Virus record (IMG/VR): IMGVR_UViG_3300046459_000436
Span: 16,674-80,673 of that record
DNA: 64,000 nucleotides
Source: a virus
Strand: one strand, 5' to 3'
In this document: positions 37,487-46,071 of the stretch, one piece after another
How positions within the stretch are numbered: position 1 is the first letter of the stretch
How the letters are laid out: every line of letters begins with the position of its first letter
Translations under genes and position numbers: made by a program
Notes under the pieces: generated by a model
Databases searched by the model: none
What the model saw: the letters and a program-made list of their open reading frames with translations, nothing else
Told to the model about the DNA's origin: nothing

Positions 37487-38799
37487 CAGATCGCTCCCGT
37501 CGGGGAGAAACCGCTGTACGGGTCGGCGTCGACGGGCTGGTAGGACTCCCACGGCCAGCGGGTGCCCTGCTTGACGAACTGGGGCCAGTCGCGCTCGTCG
37601 CGCATGCCGCGCCACGGGACGACGCGGCGTCCTCGGCAGCCGTCGGTGTTGGCGGACGACTTGTCGTCCTCGACGGGGCGCAGGCCGAATCCGAACTCCG
37701 GCCAGCGCATCCACAGCGACGAGCCGAGGGGGCGCAGGGCTCGGGGTCCCATGCCGTTGCCGTGGGGGGCGTGGGCTTCCATGAGGACGGCGCAGCCGGA
37801 GGTGGCGCGGGCTTCGTCGATGACGACGGATACCTTGCGGGCGAGCTCTTCGTCGTTGGGGTTGCCGGCGTGGAGCCGGTACACCGGACCGATGATCAGC
37901 ACGTCGGGCTTGAGGCGTTCAACGCGGCGCATCATCCAGGCCCGGTCGACGGGCCGGCTCAGGTCGAGGCCCTCGGGGCGGCATTCGATGTGGAACATGC
38001 CTCGGCGGACGGACCGCTTGGTGTTGTCGGCCGATGCGAGCAGCGGGCGGAATGCGCGGCGGGAGGCGGGTGCTCCGTTTTCGCAGTCGAGGGCGAGGAC
38101 GCGCCGGGGGTCGATGAGCTCGGTGGGCTTGAACGGGTGGATGCCCGCGGCGAGGGTCACGGCCAGTTGCCGCATCATGACGCTCTTTCCGCCGCCTTCG
38201 CTGGCGGTGAGGATGAGCCGGTCGCGGCGCTCCAGGAGGTTCGGGACGAGCCAGTCGTAGGTGTCCTGGTGGGCGACGAAGTCGTGGATATCTTCGGTGG
38301 GTACCTCTTCGGTGGCGCGGCCGCGGTCACGGAGTTCGCGGGCCATGGAGACGGCCTGCTCGACGAGCTCGAAGGTGTCCTGGTCCTGGCCGTAACCCAT
38401 CCGAACCAGCTCGGTGCCGAGTTCGACCAACGCACGACGCAGGGCCCGGTCCTGGACGATCTCGGCGTAGTACTCGGCGTTGGCGGCGGTGACTGTTTCG
38501 TTGGCCAGGGTGAAAAGTTGGGTCGTGCCGCCGACGCGGACGAGGTCGCCGGAGTCGGCGAGGTGCTTGCCGAGGGTGATCGGGTCGACGGGGTCGCCCT
38601 TTGCGTGCATGCGGCCGATGGCGTTGAAGATCGCGGTGTGAGCGGGCCGGTAGAAGTCGGCGGGGTCAAGGACGTCGAGGACTGCGCGGCATGCGTCGCG
38701 GCTGAGCATGCAGGCGCCGAGGACGGACACTTCCGCGCCGAGATCCTGGGGCGGCGTGCGCTCGATGGCGTGAGGGTCGTGGTCGTACTGGTCGGTCAT
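37483..38799 (-). CDS. Replicative helicase-like protein: DnaB N-terminal domain plus RecA/AAA ATPase
   Basis: PPQDLGAEVSVLG...DFYRPAH...ANAEYYAEIV; Walker A ASEGGGKS. Confidence 0.85.
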   Translation of the reverse strand: MTDQYDHDPHAIERTPPQDLGAEVSVLGACMLSRDACRAVLDVLDPADFYRPAHTAIFNAIGRMHAKGDPVDPITLGKHLADSGDLVRVGGTTQLFTLANETVTAANAEYYAEIVQDRALRRALVELGTELVRMGYGQDQDTFELVEQAVSMARELRDRGRATEEVPTEDIHDFVAHQDTYDWLVPNLLERRDRLILTASEGGGKSVMMRQLAVTLAAGIHPFKPTELIDPRRVLALDCENGAPASRRAFRPLLASADNTKRSVRRGMFHIECRPEGLDLSRPVDRAWMMRRVERLKPDVLIIGPVYRLHAGNPNDEELARKVSVVIDEARATSGCAVLMEAHAPHGNGMGPRALRPLGSSLWMRWPEFGFGLRPVEDDKSSANTDGCRGRRVVPWRGMRDERDWPQFVKQGTRWPWESYQPVDADPYSGFSPTGAIW

Positions 38800-39725
38800 C
38801 AGAAAACTCCGCGTTCTTCGGGTGAGGGTTGGTAGGCGCGGCCGTTGCCGCGTTGCGCTCGTTCGGACTTGTGGTTGGCGGAGTCGCGCATCCACTTCTG
38901 CCAGGCGTCGTGCCAGTTGCGCTTTCGCCGGCCTTCGGAACGCCAGTAGGAGATGAACTGTTCGGTCTCGAACTGGGGGTCGAGGGCCTGGCCGAAGGTC
39001 GAGACGGACCAGCGGCGCATCTGATCGTTGAGGTGGAAGTCGTCTGGAATGAGGTGAAGACCGGTGGTCCCAGGGCCCTCGCTGTGGCTAGGGCGCCCGC
39101 CCTCTCTTTCTTGTACTGGTGGTTGATTGGTGGTTGGGCGCCAAGATTTTGGGTGTGTTTCCGCAGGTGGGGGCCCTGTGTCACAGGCTTTGCGCCTGTG
39201 AGTCACAGGCTTTGCGCCTGTGACGGCCAGGCTTTGCGCCTGTGACATCGCAGATTCGCTGTCCGGTATGTCGCCTGTCACAGACTCTGAGTGCGTGACC
39301 GTCACGGACTCTGCGCCCGTGACGGTCACAGGCTTTGCGCCTGTGACGCGCTTCGCACGGGACCGCCGCTTGCGCTCGGCAGCCGCGGTGCGGAGTGCGT
39401 CCTCCTCGGCCTCCAACTCCTTCCAGTCCGAAGCCGGCCGACGCAGATCGACTGCAAGCCGCCAGCACGTCCGGCCGCCTACGACTCCGTCCCGCTTGAT
39501 CAGCCCTGCCTGCTCCAGGCGGCGCATCGCGCGTTCGGTTGTCGTCTTGTCGTAGCCGGTGCGGTACCTGATGCGGAGCATCGAGGGGTGCGCGTTCGAG
39601 CCGTCCTTGCGGGCATGCTCGGCGAGCGCTTGGAGGACGTGCCGGGCTGTGGTGTCCGGCTTACCTCCCACGGTGCGCAGCATGGGGGCGTCATCCATGG
39701 CCCACTGCACTGCCTCGTTGCTCAC
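38799..39725 (-). CDS. Replication initiator (N-terminal wHTH, internal iterons)
   Basis: MSNEAVQWA...TARHVLQALAEHA...AHPS; C-terminal EQFISYW...NWHDAWQKW; upstream of the helicase. Confidence 0.8.
   Translation of the reverse strand: MSNEAVQWAMDDAPMLRTVGGKPDTTARHVLQALAEHARKDGSNAHPSMLRIRYRTGYDKTTTERAMRRLEQAGLIKRDGVVGGRTCWRLAVDLRRPASDWKELEAEEDALRTAAAERKRRSRAKRVTGAKPVTVTGAESVTVTHSESVTGDIPDSESAMSQAQSLAVTGAKPVTHRRKACDTGPPPAETHPKSWRPTTNQPPVQEREGGRPSHSEGPGTTGLHLIPDDFHLNDQMRRWSVSTFGQALDPQFETEQFISYWRSEGRRKRNWHDAWQKWMRDSANHKSERAQRGNGRAYQPSPEERGVF
39180..39348. repeat. Iterons / probable replication origin
   Basis: Six to seven copies of palindromic-ended GTCACAGGCTTTGCGCCTGTGAC variants inside the initiator gene (lambda O-like layout). 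Confidence 0.8.
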
Positions 39726-39923
39726 GTATCTCTTCTCTCGGGGTCATCCGTGCTGGTCAGGGCCGCTTTACGGCAGCACTCATGGGGGCTTCGAGAGGGA
39801 GGTCCCCACCCCTTTGGCACATCGCCAGCTTACCCCAGGGTGACCGGTCAGGTGATAGCCACGTGCAATCATTTTGCGGGCCAGGGGGTGATAGGTCACC
39901 GACCAGTCAGTTACAGTGGCGTC

Positions 39924-40136
39924 ATGACTACGAAAGGCACCCCGGGAAGAGTCGTCCGCATCGAGGACGATCTTTGGGATGACTTCGAACAGGTCTGCAA
40001 GGCGAAGGGTCTCGCCCGCGCCACGGACATCCGCATGTACGTCGTGCGTGAGGTCACCGCCTGGCGCGAGAAGCAGGACCGCCAGGCCGCCATCAAGCGC
40101 CGGCTCGCGAAGACCGCCGAAGCCCCCGACGCCTGA
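39924..40136 (+). CDS. Ribbon-helix-helix regulator divergent from the replication operon
   Basis: TPGRVVRIEDDLWDDF; GGTGA-N4-TCACC-like operators at 39839-39900. Confidence 0.75.
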   Translation: MTTKGTPGRVVRIEDDLWDDFEQVCKAKGLARATDIRMYVVREVTAWREKQDRQAAIKRRLAKTAEAPDA

Positions 40137-40189
40137 CCCCCGCTCCCCCTTCGCCCCGCCCCCGCGGCGGGGCGTCCCCATGCCCGCGT

Positions 40190-40468
40190 TCACCGCGCAC
40201 CGTCCTCGTCGCCCGAGGCCCCGGCTATGGCGGCCCGTTCGGCCGCGCTCTTCCCGCCGAGGACTCCGGCTCTCCCGTTGGCGCCGGCGGTGCCTTCCTG
40301 CTCCAGTGCCCAGGTGAGGCAGCGCGCTTCGATCGGGCACCGGCCGCAGACGGTCTTCGCTGCGACAGCACGGGTGGCCCACGACATGCCCGGTACGCGC
40401 TTGTCGCCGAACAGCGGCATGTTGTCGGGGATGAGGCACAGGCCGGCGGCCTGCCAGTCGGCGGTCAT
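40190..40468 (-). CDS. whiB: WhiB-family transcription factor
   Basis: WQAAGLC...AKTVCGRCPIEARCL...GVLGG. Confidence 0.85.
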   Translation of the reverse strand: MTADWQAAGLCLIPDNMPLFGDKRVPGMSWATRAVAAKTVCGRCPIEARCLTWALEQEGTAGANGRAGVLGGKSAAERAAIAGASGDEDGAR

Positions 40469-40740
40469 GCGGCACCTGCTGTCTGCTGCCGACGTTCGCG
40501 GCCGATGCGGTACCGCTGGTGTCGGTCGAGTCCGCCGTATACGCCGGCGCGGTATGCGGGGGTGCTGTCGCCTTCGCGTTCGAGGGCGTAGGCCAGGCAT
40601 TCGGGCCGGACCCTGCAGTGCGCGCAGACGGCCTTCGCCTCGCGGGTCTGGGTCAGGGCGACGTAGCCGACACCGTCGGGAAACATGACTTCCGGCCCGA
40701 CGGTGACGCAGCGGGCGTCGAGCGTCCAGGCGGGGATCAT
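40465..40740 (-). CDS. whiB: WhiB-family transcription factor
   Basis: WTLDARC...AKAVCAHCRVRPECL...GVYGG. Confidence 0.88.
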   Translation of the reverse strand: MIPAWTLDARCVTVGPEVMFPDGVGYVALTQTREAKAVCAHCRVRPECLAYALEREGDSTPAYRAGVYGGLDRHQRYRIGRERRQQTAGAA

Positions 40741-41372
40741 GACGCCACCGCCTGCTTCTGGAGTTCTTTCTGCCGTGCACTGGTGGTGATGTCTTCGATG
40801 TGGGCGGGTTGGACGCACAGGTCATGGCCGCAGTGGGGGCGGGCTGATCCATGGGGGTCGTTGCCGGTGTGGAGTTGGTAGGCGATGCGGGCGGCGAGGT
40901 AGTTGCGGTTCCGGTAGCGGAACCGGGGGACGCCGCCAGTGGTGACGGAGCCGGTCCAGAGGAGGTGTCCGTCGTCGGCGGGCTGGGTGTAACTGGCCCA
41001 CCGTTCTTCGATGAATTCCTGGGCTTTGGCGGGCTTGGCGTCGATGCGGCTGCCGTCGGGGTTGAAGTCGCGGTCGGGCCAGCCGTCCTTGTTCCAACGG
41101 AGGATGGTGCGGGCGTTGGCGCCGACGCGCTCGGCGACCAGCTTGTTGCGGCGGGCTATGTCGTCCTCGTAGGACAGGAGGGCGTAGAGGCGCCGCGCGG
41201 TCTCGTACTTCTCGGCCTCGTTGAGTTCGGCCGGCTCGCCGTTGAGGGCGCGTTCCATGGCCATGACGTCGTAGGGGCCGTCGTTGAGGGTTTCGGTGTC
41301 CCAGATGTAGAAGCGGGACCGGTGGCCCATCGGGTTGGAGCCGGCGAGGGGCTCCCAGTGGGCGGTGCTCAC
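40737..41372 (-). CDS. HTH plus degenerate HNH-like domain protein
   Basis: VAERVGANARTILRW; GHLLWTG...AARIAY...CGHDLCVQPAH. Confidence 0.65.
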   Translation of the reverse strand: MSTAHWEPLAGSNPMGHRSRFYIWDTETLNDGPYDVMAMERALNGEPAELNEAEKYETARRLYALLSYEDDIARRNKLVAERVGANARTILRWNKDGWPDRDFNPDGSRIDAKPAKAQEFIEERWASYTQPADDGHLLWTGSVTTGGVPRFRYRNRNYLAARIAYQLHTGNDPHGSARPHCGHDLCVQPAHIEDITTSARQKELQKQAVAS

Positions 41373-42380
41373 CGCGGGTCCTCCTCGCCGATGTAGTCGT
41401 AGGCGGGCATCGCCCACAGCCGCTCGCACAGGTCGAGCGCCTCGGCTGCGTCGATGTGCGCGTAGAGGTCGGCCTGTGCCTCGAGGTCGACCGGCCATCC
41501 GTCCCCGCCGCCGGCGTTGTCTGCCCACGGCGCCCCGTTCTCCTCGGCGTCGCTCGCGGTGGCTTCGGTCCGCATGTCGCGCGGGTCACTGGTTCCGAGC
41601 CACACGCCGACCGCGAGACAGGCGGCGACCAGGGCGGTGAGGTGCCAGGGGCTGGAGCAGAACCAGGCGAGGAAGCAGACGGCGGCCCAGACGTAGTCGC
41701 TCATGCCGCCCTCCGCTCGGCCGCGCGGCCCGCACGCCGGTCAGTAAGGAACTTGCGTCCGGCGCCGGTCAGCCGGTAGATGCCGACCTTCTTGCCGTGG
41801 GCCTTCGGGTTGACGGAGGGGACTTCGCCGACGGGGCGGAGGATGAGCGGGCTTTCAAGCTCGATGAGACTGCGGAAGTACAGGCCGGCCCGCTTGCAGG
41901 CGTCCTCGGGGAGGACGGTCCGCAGGTCGTTCATGCCGAAGGGCTGGCCGTCGGAGGCGATGGCGAGGACGGCCTGGTCGAGGAGCGCGGTGTCCCAGTC
42001 GGTGACGGTCTTGTAGAGGGAGGCGAGGGTGGCGTTGGCTTCGGCGCGGGCCTGCTCGGGCGTGATGGTCATGACGTGGCCCCCTCGTCGACAAGCTCGG
42101 CGTCCTGACCGACTGCGATCTCGGCGATCTCGTCATCGGTCATCAGGTAGGCGGGGATGCGGCCGTTGATGAGGGCGTGTCGGATGTCGTTGCCGGCCTG
42201 CCGGGTCTGCATGGCCCGGGCTCGGCCGACGTCGGTGGTGGCCTGGTCGGCGATCTGCAGGTAGCGGTCGGAGAGGAGGCCGAGGGCGGTCTGCATCCGG
42301 ACGGCCTCGTCGTGGATCGGGTCGTGGCTGGGTCCGTCGTGGGCGAGGGCTACGAGCAGTCGGCGGAGGAAGGTGCGCAT
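41369..42380 (-). CDS. Three hypothetical genes (41369-41704, 41701-42072, 42069-42380)
   Basis: Coupled ORFs. Confidence 0.6.
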
Positions 42381-42446
42381 GGGAGACTCCTGGTGGTCTG
42401 CCGTGGCCGCGCTGTTTCGGGCAGCGCGGCCACGGCGAAGCGGGGG

Positions 42447-43208
42447 TTACGGGGTGGGCGGTTCGGCGTCAGCCGGGACCGTGGCGGGGATCAGCGGCCA
42501 GAACTGGTTGACGTTCACGTCGGGGTTCAGCCGGCGCAGGTGCTCCTGGAACGGGCCAGCCCAGCGGGTGTGCCACTTGATCTGCCAGGCGTGCAGCTGG
42601 TGGGCGTCGACCTGCAGCTCGGGGTACTTCTCGCCGATGCGCACGGCGACCTCGAGCGCAGCCTGCGCATCGGCGGCAGCGGTGTGGGCGTCGGTCAGTT
42701 CGACGCCGTAGTGGGCGCAGAGCGCCTCGAGCCGCCGCTTGCCCTTGCGGTACTTGTCGGCCGCGCGGTCCAGAACGAGCGGGTCAACGATCGGCGCGAC
42801 CGGTCCCCCGTTCCGGTCGGCCAGTGTCGGCAGACCGTGACGGGTGCATTCGCGGTCGAGGATGCTCAAATCGAACGGCGCATTCATGATCACGATCGAG
42901 GCGCGGGAGGCGAGTTCGTCGGCCAGGGCCTCGGCGATCTCGTCGATGACCAGCGCGGCGGGCTGCCCGTGCGCCCTGGCGTGCTCTGTCGTGATGCCGT
43001 GCACGTTGCTCGCCTCGACGGGGATGTCGACCTGCGGGTCGGCCAGCCACAGGCGCGGCTCCCGACCGGGCACCACCAGGGCGGCGCTGACGATGCGCGC
43101 CTCGTCGACATCCGTCCCCGTGGTCTCCGTGTCGAAGCCAGCGAGGTAGCCGAGGTGCCACGGGGCGCCGAGTACGCCGCCCTGCTCGGGCTGCACGAAG
43201 GCGGTCAT
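42447..43208 (-). CDS. DEDDh 3'-5' exonuclease (DnaQ-like)
   Basis: FDTETTG, VHGIT, MNAPFDLSIL, AHTAAADA. Confidence 0.9.
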   Translation of the reverse strand: MTAFVQPEQGGVLGAPWHLGYLAGFDTETTGTDVDEARIVSAALVVPGREPRLWLADPQVDIPVEASNVHGITTEHARAHGQPAALVIDEIAEALADELASRASIVIMNAPFDLSILDRECTRHGLPTLADRNGGPVAPIVDPLVLDRAADKYRKGKRRLEALCAHYGVELTDAHTAAADAQAALEVAVRIGEKYPELQVDAHQLHAWQIKWHTRWAGPFQEHLRRLNPDVNVNQFWPLIPATVPADAEPPTP

Positions 43209-43735
43209 GATGCGGCCTCCGTGACGGGCGCCGGTGCGATCTGCGGCAACTCGAGGTGGGCGAGCTTCCCGTCACGCCAGGCGGCGGCGATGGCCTCGCG
43301 GCCGTCCTTCGTGGGCCGCACCGAGTGGGTGAGGCTGCGGGTCGCGCGGACCTCGACGCCGGGCACGTCCTCGACGACGCCCGTCTCCTTGTCGGCCACG
43401 ACGGCGACGCCGGCCGCGGTCATCTCCGCCAGCAGCGCGGTGGTGTAGGCGGGGCGGACTTCGGTGACGACGCGGGAGGTGACGTTGTGCGGCGAGTAGG
43501 TGCGGACGAACTCGAGGAACGCCTTGTCGTCGGTGACGACCGCGGCGGGCTTCGGGTCGGAGCGGGAGATCGTAGCGACCTTCGTGCCGTCGGGAAGGGC
43601 GGCTTCCACGCTCTTGGCGCCGGTGGTGATGAGGGCTTCCTGCATGCTGGCCTTCACCTCCTTCAGGCGATCGAGTACGGCGTCGGCGAGGGTCTTGAGG
43701 GCGGCCTCTTCGAGGGCGAGCTGGCTCAGGTCCAT
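43205..43735 (-). CDS. Hypothetical protein of the recombination module
   Basis: Lies between the annealase and exonuclease genes; coupled. Confidence 0.6.
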   Translation of the reverse strand: MDLSQLALEEAALKTLADAVLDRLKEVKASMQEALITTGAKSVEAALPDGTKVATISRSDPKPAAVVTDDKAFLEFVRTYSPHNVTSRVVTEVRPAYTTALLAEMTAAGVAVVADKETGVVEDVPGVEVRATRSLTHSVRPTKDGREAIAAAWRDGKLAHLELPQIAPAPVTEAAS

Positions 43736-43803
43736 GGGCTGTGTTCTCCTGTTGGGTGGCCGCCCCCGATATCCGCGGGGGCGGCCGTTGTGCGTGCGGG
43801 GGG

Positions 43804-44892
43804 TTAGGCAGCGGTGCCGCGGAGTTCGGTGAGGAAGCCGCGGATCTGGGCGGCGGTGGCCTCGGACAGGGGCAGGCCCTTGGCGCCCTCGAAGTCGGCG
43901 GCGATGCCCGGCAGTCCGGAGGCGTCGGCCCAGGCGCGCAGTTCGCGCTCGGCGGCCTGCGCGTCCGACTCGGGGTTGTCCGTCACAATCTCGGCGTCCA
44001 CCGCGTCATCGCTCTGCTCGGCGGCGGCCTTCTGCTTGCCGACGTCGGCGATCTGCGCCAGGTACTCCGGCACCGCGCCCTCACCCTTGGCGTCCTGCCA
44101 GATGAGCCGCACCGTGGCGGCGTCCGGCGCGGCGAGCGCCTCGTGCAGGTAGTCGCGGCCTGCGGGGGTCAGCGATTCCGGCGGTACGTCCGCCGTGCCC
44201 GCCTGCACGGTCGCCGCGGGCGTGGCCCACTGGTCCGCCTGTCCGGCCGGGACCGAGCGGAGCTGCTGGACTTCCGCTTCCATCGGCAGACCCTCGGCGT
44301 CCACCCGGGCGCCCAACTCCTCGGGCGTGTAGATCGCGCCGTGCAGCACCTCGGGGCAGGCGGAGCGCACGCACTCGGAGATTGCGCGCGCCCGCAGCAT
44401 CGCCCGCGGGTACTTCTCCCAACTCTGCTTCTCGCCCTTGCTGCTACGGGAGTAGGGACGGTTGTCGCGGATCTCGCACAGCCCGGCGGTGACGGCGTCG
44501 TCGAGGGTCCACTCGATGCGGTTCTCGAAGTCGGGGTCGTCGTTCCGCCAGATGCTTACCGCGCAGGACCCGTTGCCGGGGACGATGCGCACCTTGTGGC
44601 CGGCGGAGCGCGCCCGGGACAGCATCAGGTCGGCGGACTGCGAGGGCTTGCCCTTGATGACGTGGATGGTGGTGATGGTGGTGACGACGTCCAGGTTGAG
44701 GGCGCGGCCGTACTCGAGGGCCCACAGCACGGAGGCGGGCTGGCGGCGGTAGGCGTCGGGCAGGAGCGGCGTGTCGGCGAGGGCCTCGCAGAACAGCCAC
44801 GCGTCGTGCGGGGTCATGTTGGCGAGGGAGAGGGCGCCTGCGCCACGGGGGGCGGGGGCTGTCGGCTGGCGGGTGGCGATTTCGGTGCTCAC
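43804..44892 (-). CDS. RecT-like single-strand annealing protein
   Basis: LLPDAYRRQPASV...IHVIKGKP...WEKYPRAMLRARAISECVR..CPEVL.G.YTPEE. Confidence 0.78.
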   Translation of the reverse strand: MSTEIATRQPTAPAPRGAGALSLANMTPHDAWLFCEALADTPLLPDAYRRQPASVLWALEYGRALNLDVVTTITTIHVIKGKPSQSADLMLSRARSAGHKVRIVPGNGSCAVSIWRNDDPDFENRIEWTLDDAVTAGLCEIRDNRPYSRSSKGEKQSWEKYPRAMLRARAISECVRSACPEVLHGAIYTPEELGARVDAEGLPMEAEVQQLRSVPAGQADQWATPAATVQAGTADVPPESLTPAGRDYLHEALAAPDAATVRLIWQDAKGEGAVPEYLAQIADVGKQKAAAEQSDDAVDAEIVTDNPESDAQAAERELRAWADASGLPGIAADFEGAKGLPLSEATAAQIRGFLTELRGTAA

Positions 44893-45083
44893 GGTGTCTC
44901 CGGTGGTTGATGTTCGGGTGATGCGGGTGGTGCGGTGGATGTGGCGTTGGCGATTGGGGCGGCCCACGCCCGTCAGGGGGTTGGGCGTGGGCCGCCTGTG
45001 GCCCGGAACCGTTGGGGGGAGGTCGGTCCGGGCCGTTGGCGCCGTCTACTGGCGGGGGAGCCAGGAGGCGCCGGTCGGGGTGG

Positions 45084-45257
45084 TCAGAGGTGGTCGTCGA
45101 TCACGTCGGCGGCGAACTCGATGGCGGGCGGTCCGACCCACACGACGAGGGCTCCGGCGATCCCTGCGACGGCCGTCCACAGTCCGCTGTGGCTGAGGCC
45201 CCAGGTGATCCCCGATGCGGCGGCGGCGAGCCCGAGACCGGCGAGGAAGCGGGTCAC
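45084..45257 (-). CDS. Small 2-TM protein coupled to the vWA gene
   Basis: Own translation MTRFLAGLGLAAAASGITWGL...; GTGA overlap. Confidence 0.55.
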   Translation of the reverse strand: MTRFLAGLGLAAAASGITWGLSHSGLWTAVAGIAGALVVWVGPPAIEFAADVIDDHL

Positions 45258-46000
45258 CGGACGATCCCGGCGGCGGTGGCAGCTGCCAGCCAGCCGGCGT
45301 ACTCGTGGGTAAGCCCGTCGTACAGGTCGGCGTCGCGGATACCGCGCGGGTTCGTACCGGCACCGAAGAACGAGGCGTTGTCGACGGCCCGGCCGCGCAG
45401 GTCGTCGAGCTTCTCCAGGAAGCTGACCCGCCCGCCGAAGCCGACGAACGCCCAGTGGATCGGCAGGTTGGATGCCTCGCGGAGGAGACGCTCGACGGCG
45501 CCCCGGTCGTCGGGTTCGCCGTCGGTCTGGAAGATGACGAACGCCGGGGCGGTGGCGCCGGAGGCCTGGTGCTCGTCGATGACGTTGCGCATCGCGGCGA
45601 CGTAGTTGGTGGTGCCCCAGCGGACCGCGCTGTGGGTGCGGTCGATGACGCCCTGGTAGTTGTCGAGGCGCACGTCGAGCATGGCTTCGGCGGTGGAGTG
45701 GAAGTAGCCGACGGGCACCACGCCGTCGTCGTCGAGGTTGACGGACAGTCCGAGGGCCTGCTCGGCGAGGTGCTGGACGGAGCCGTCGCGGTAGTACGGG
45801 CGCATGCTGCCGGAGTGGTCGAGGACCAGGTACACGGCGGCGCGCTGCCCGGTGAGGCCCTTCTTCTCCAGTGAGATGGCGGCGGTCTTGGCGAGCGACA
45901 CGAGGCCGGGTGCGGTCTGCTGGACCTTCTCCAGGCTGATCGCGGGGCCGGTGCCGGTCGGGGCCGACGGGGTGGCGGTGGGGCGGCGGAACAGACTCAC
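45254..46000 (-). CDS. vWA domain protein (TerF-associated vWA type)
   Basis: ISLEK...AAVYLVLDHSGSM, GTTNY, FVIFQTDG MIDAS motif. Confidence 0.85.
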   Translation of the reverse strand: MSLFRRPTATPSAPTGTGPAISLEKVQQTAPGLVSLAKTAAISLEKKGLTGQRAAVYLVLDHSGSMRPYYRDGSVQHLAEQALGLSVNLDDDGVVPVGYFHSTAEAMLDVRLDNYQGVIDRTHSAVRWGTTNYVAAMRNVIDEHQASGATAPAFVIFQTDGEPDDRGAVERLLREASNLPIHWAFVGFGGRVSFLEKLDDLRGRAVDNASFFGAGTNPRGIRDADLYDGLTHEYAGWLAAATAAGIVR

Positions 46001-46071
46001 GGGGAACTCCTGTTTGATGTCAGTGGTGTCGCGCCCGGATTCCGCCCGGGCGCGGCGCTTCGGGTGGTGGG

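Noticed and set aside
39180-39348. CRISPR array
   Set aside because: Repeats are adjacent with no spacers and lie in frame inside the initiator gene; iterons explain them
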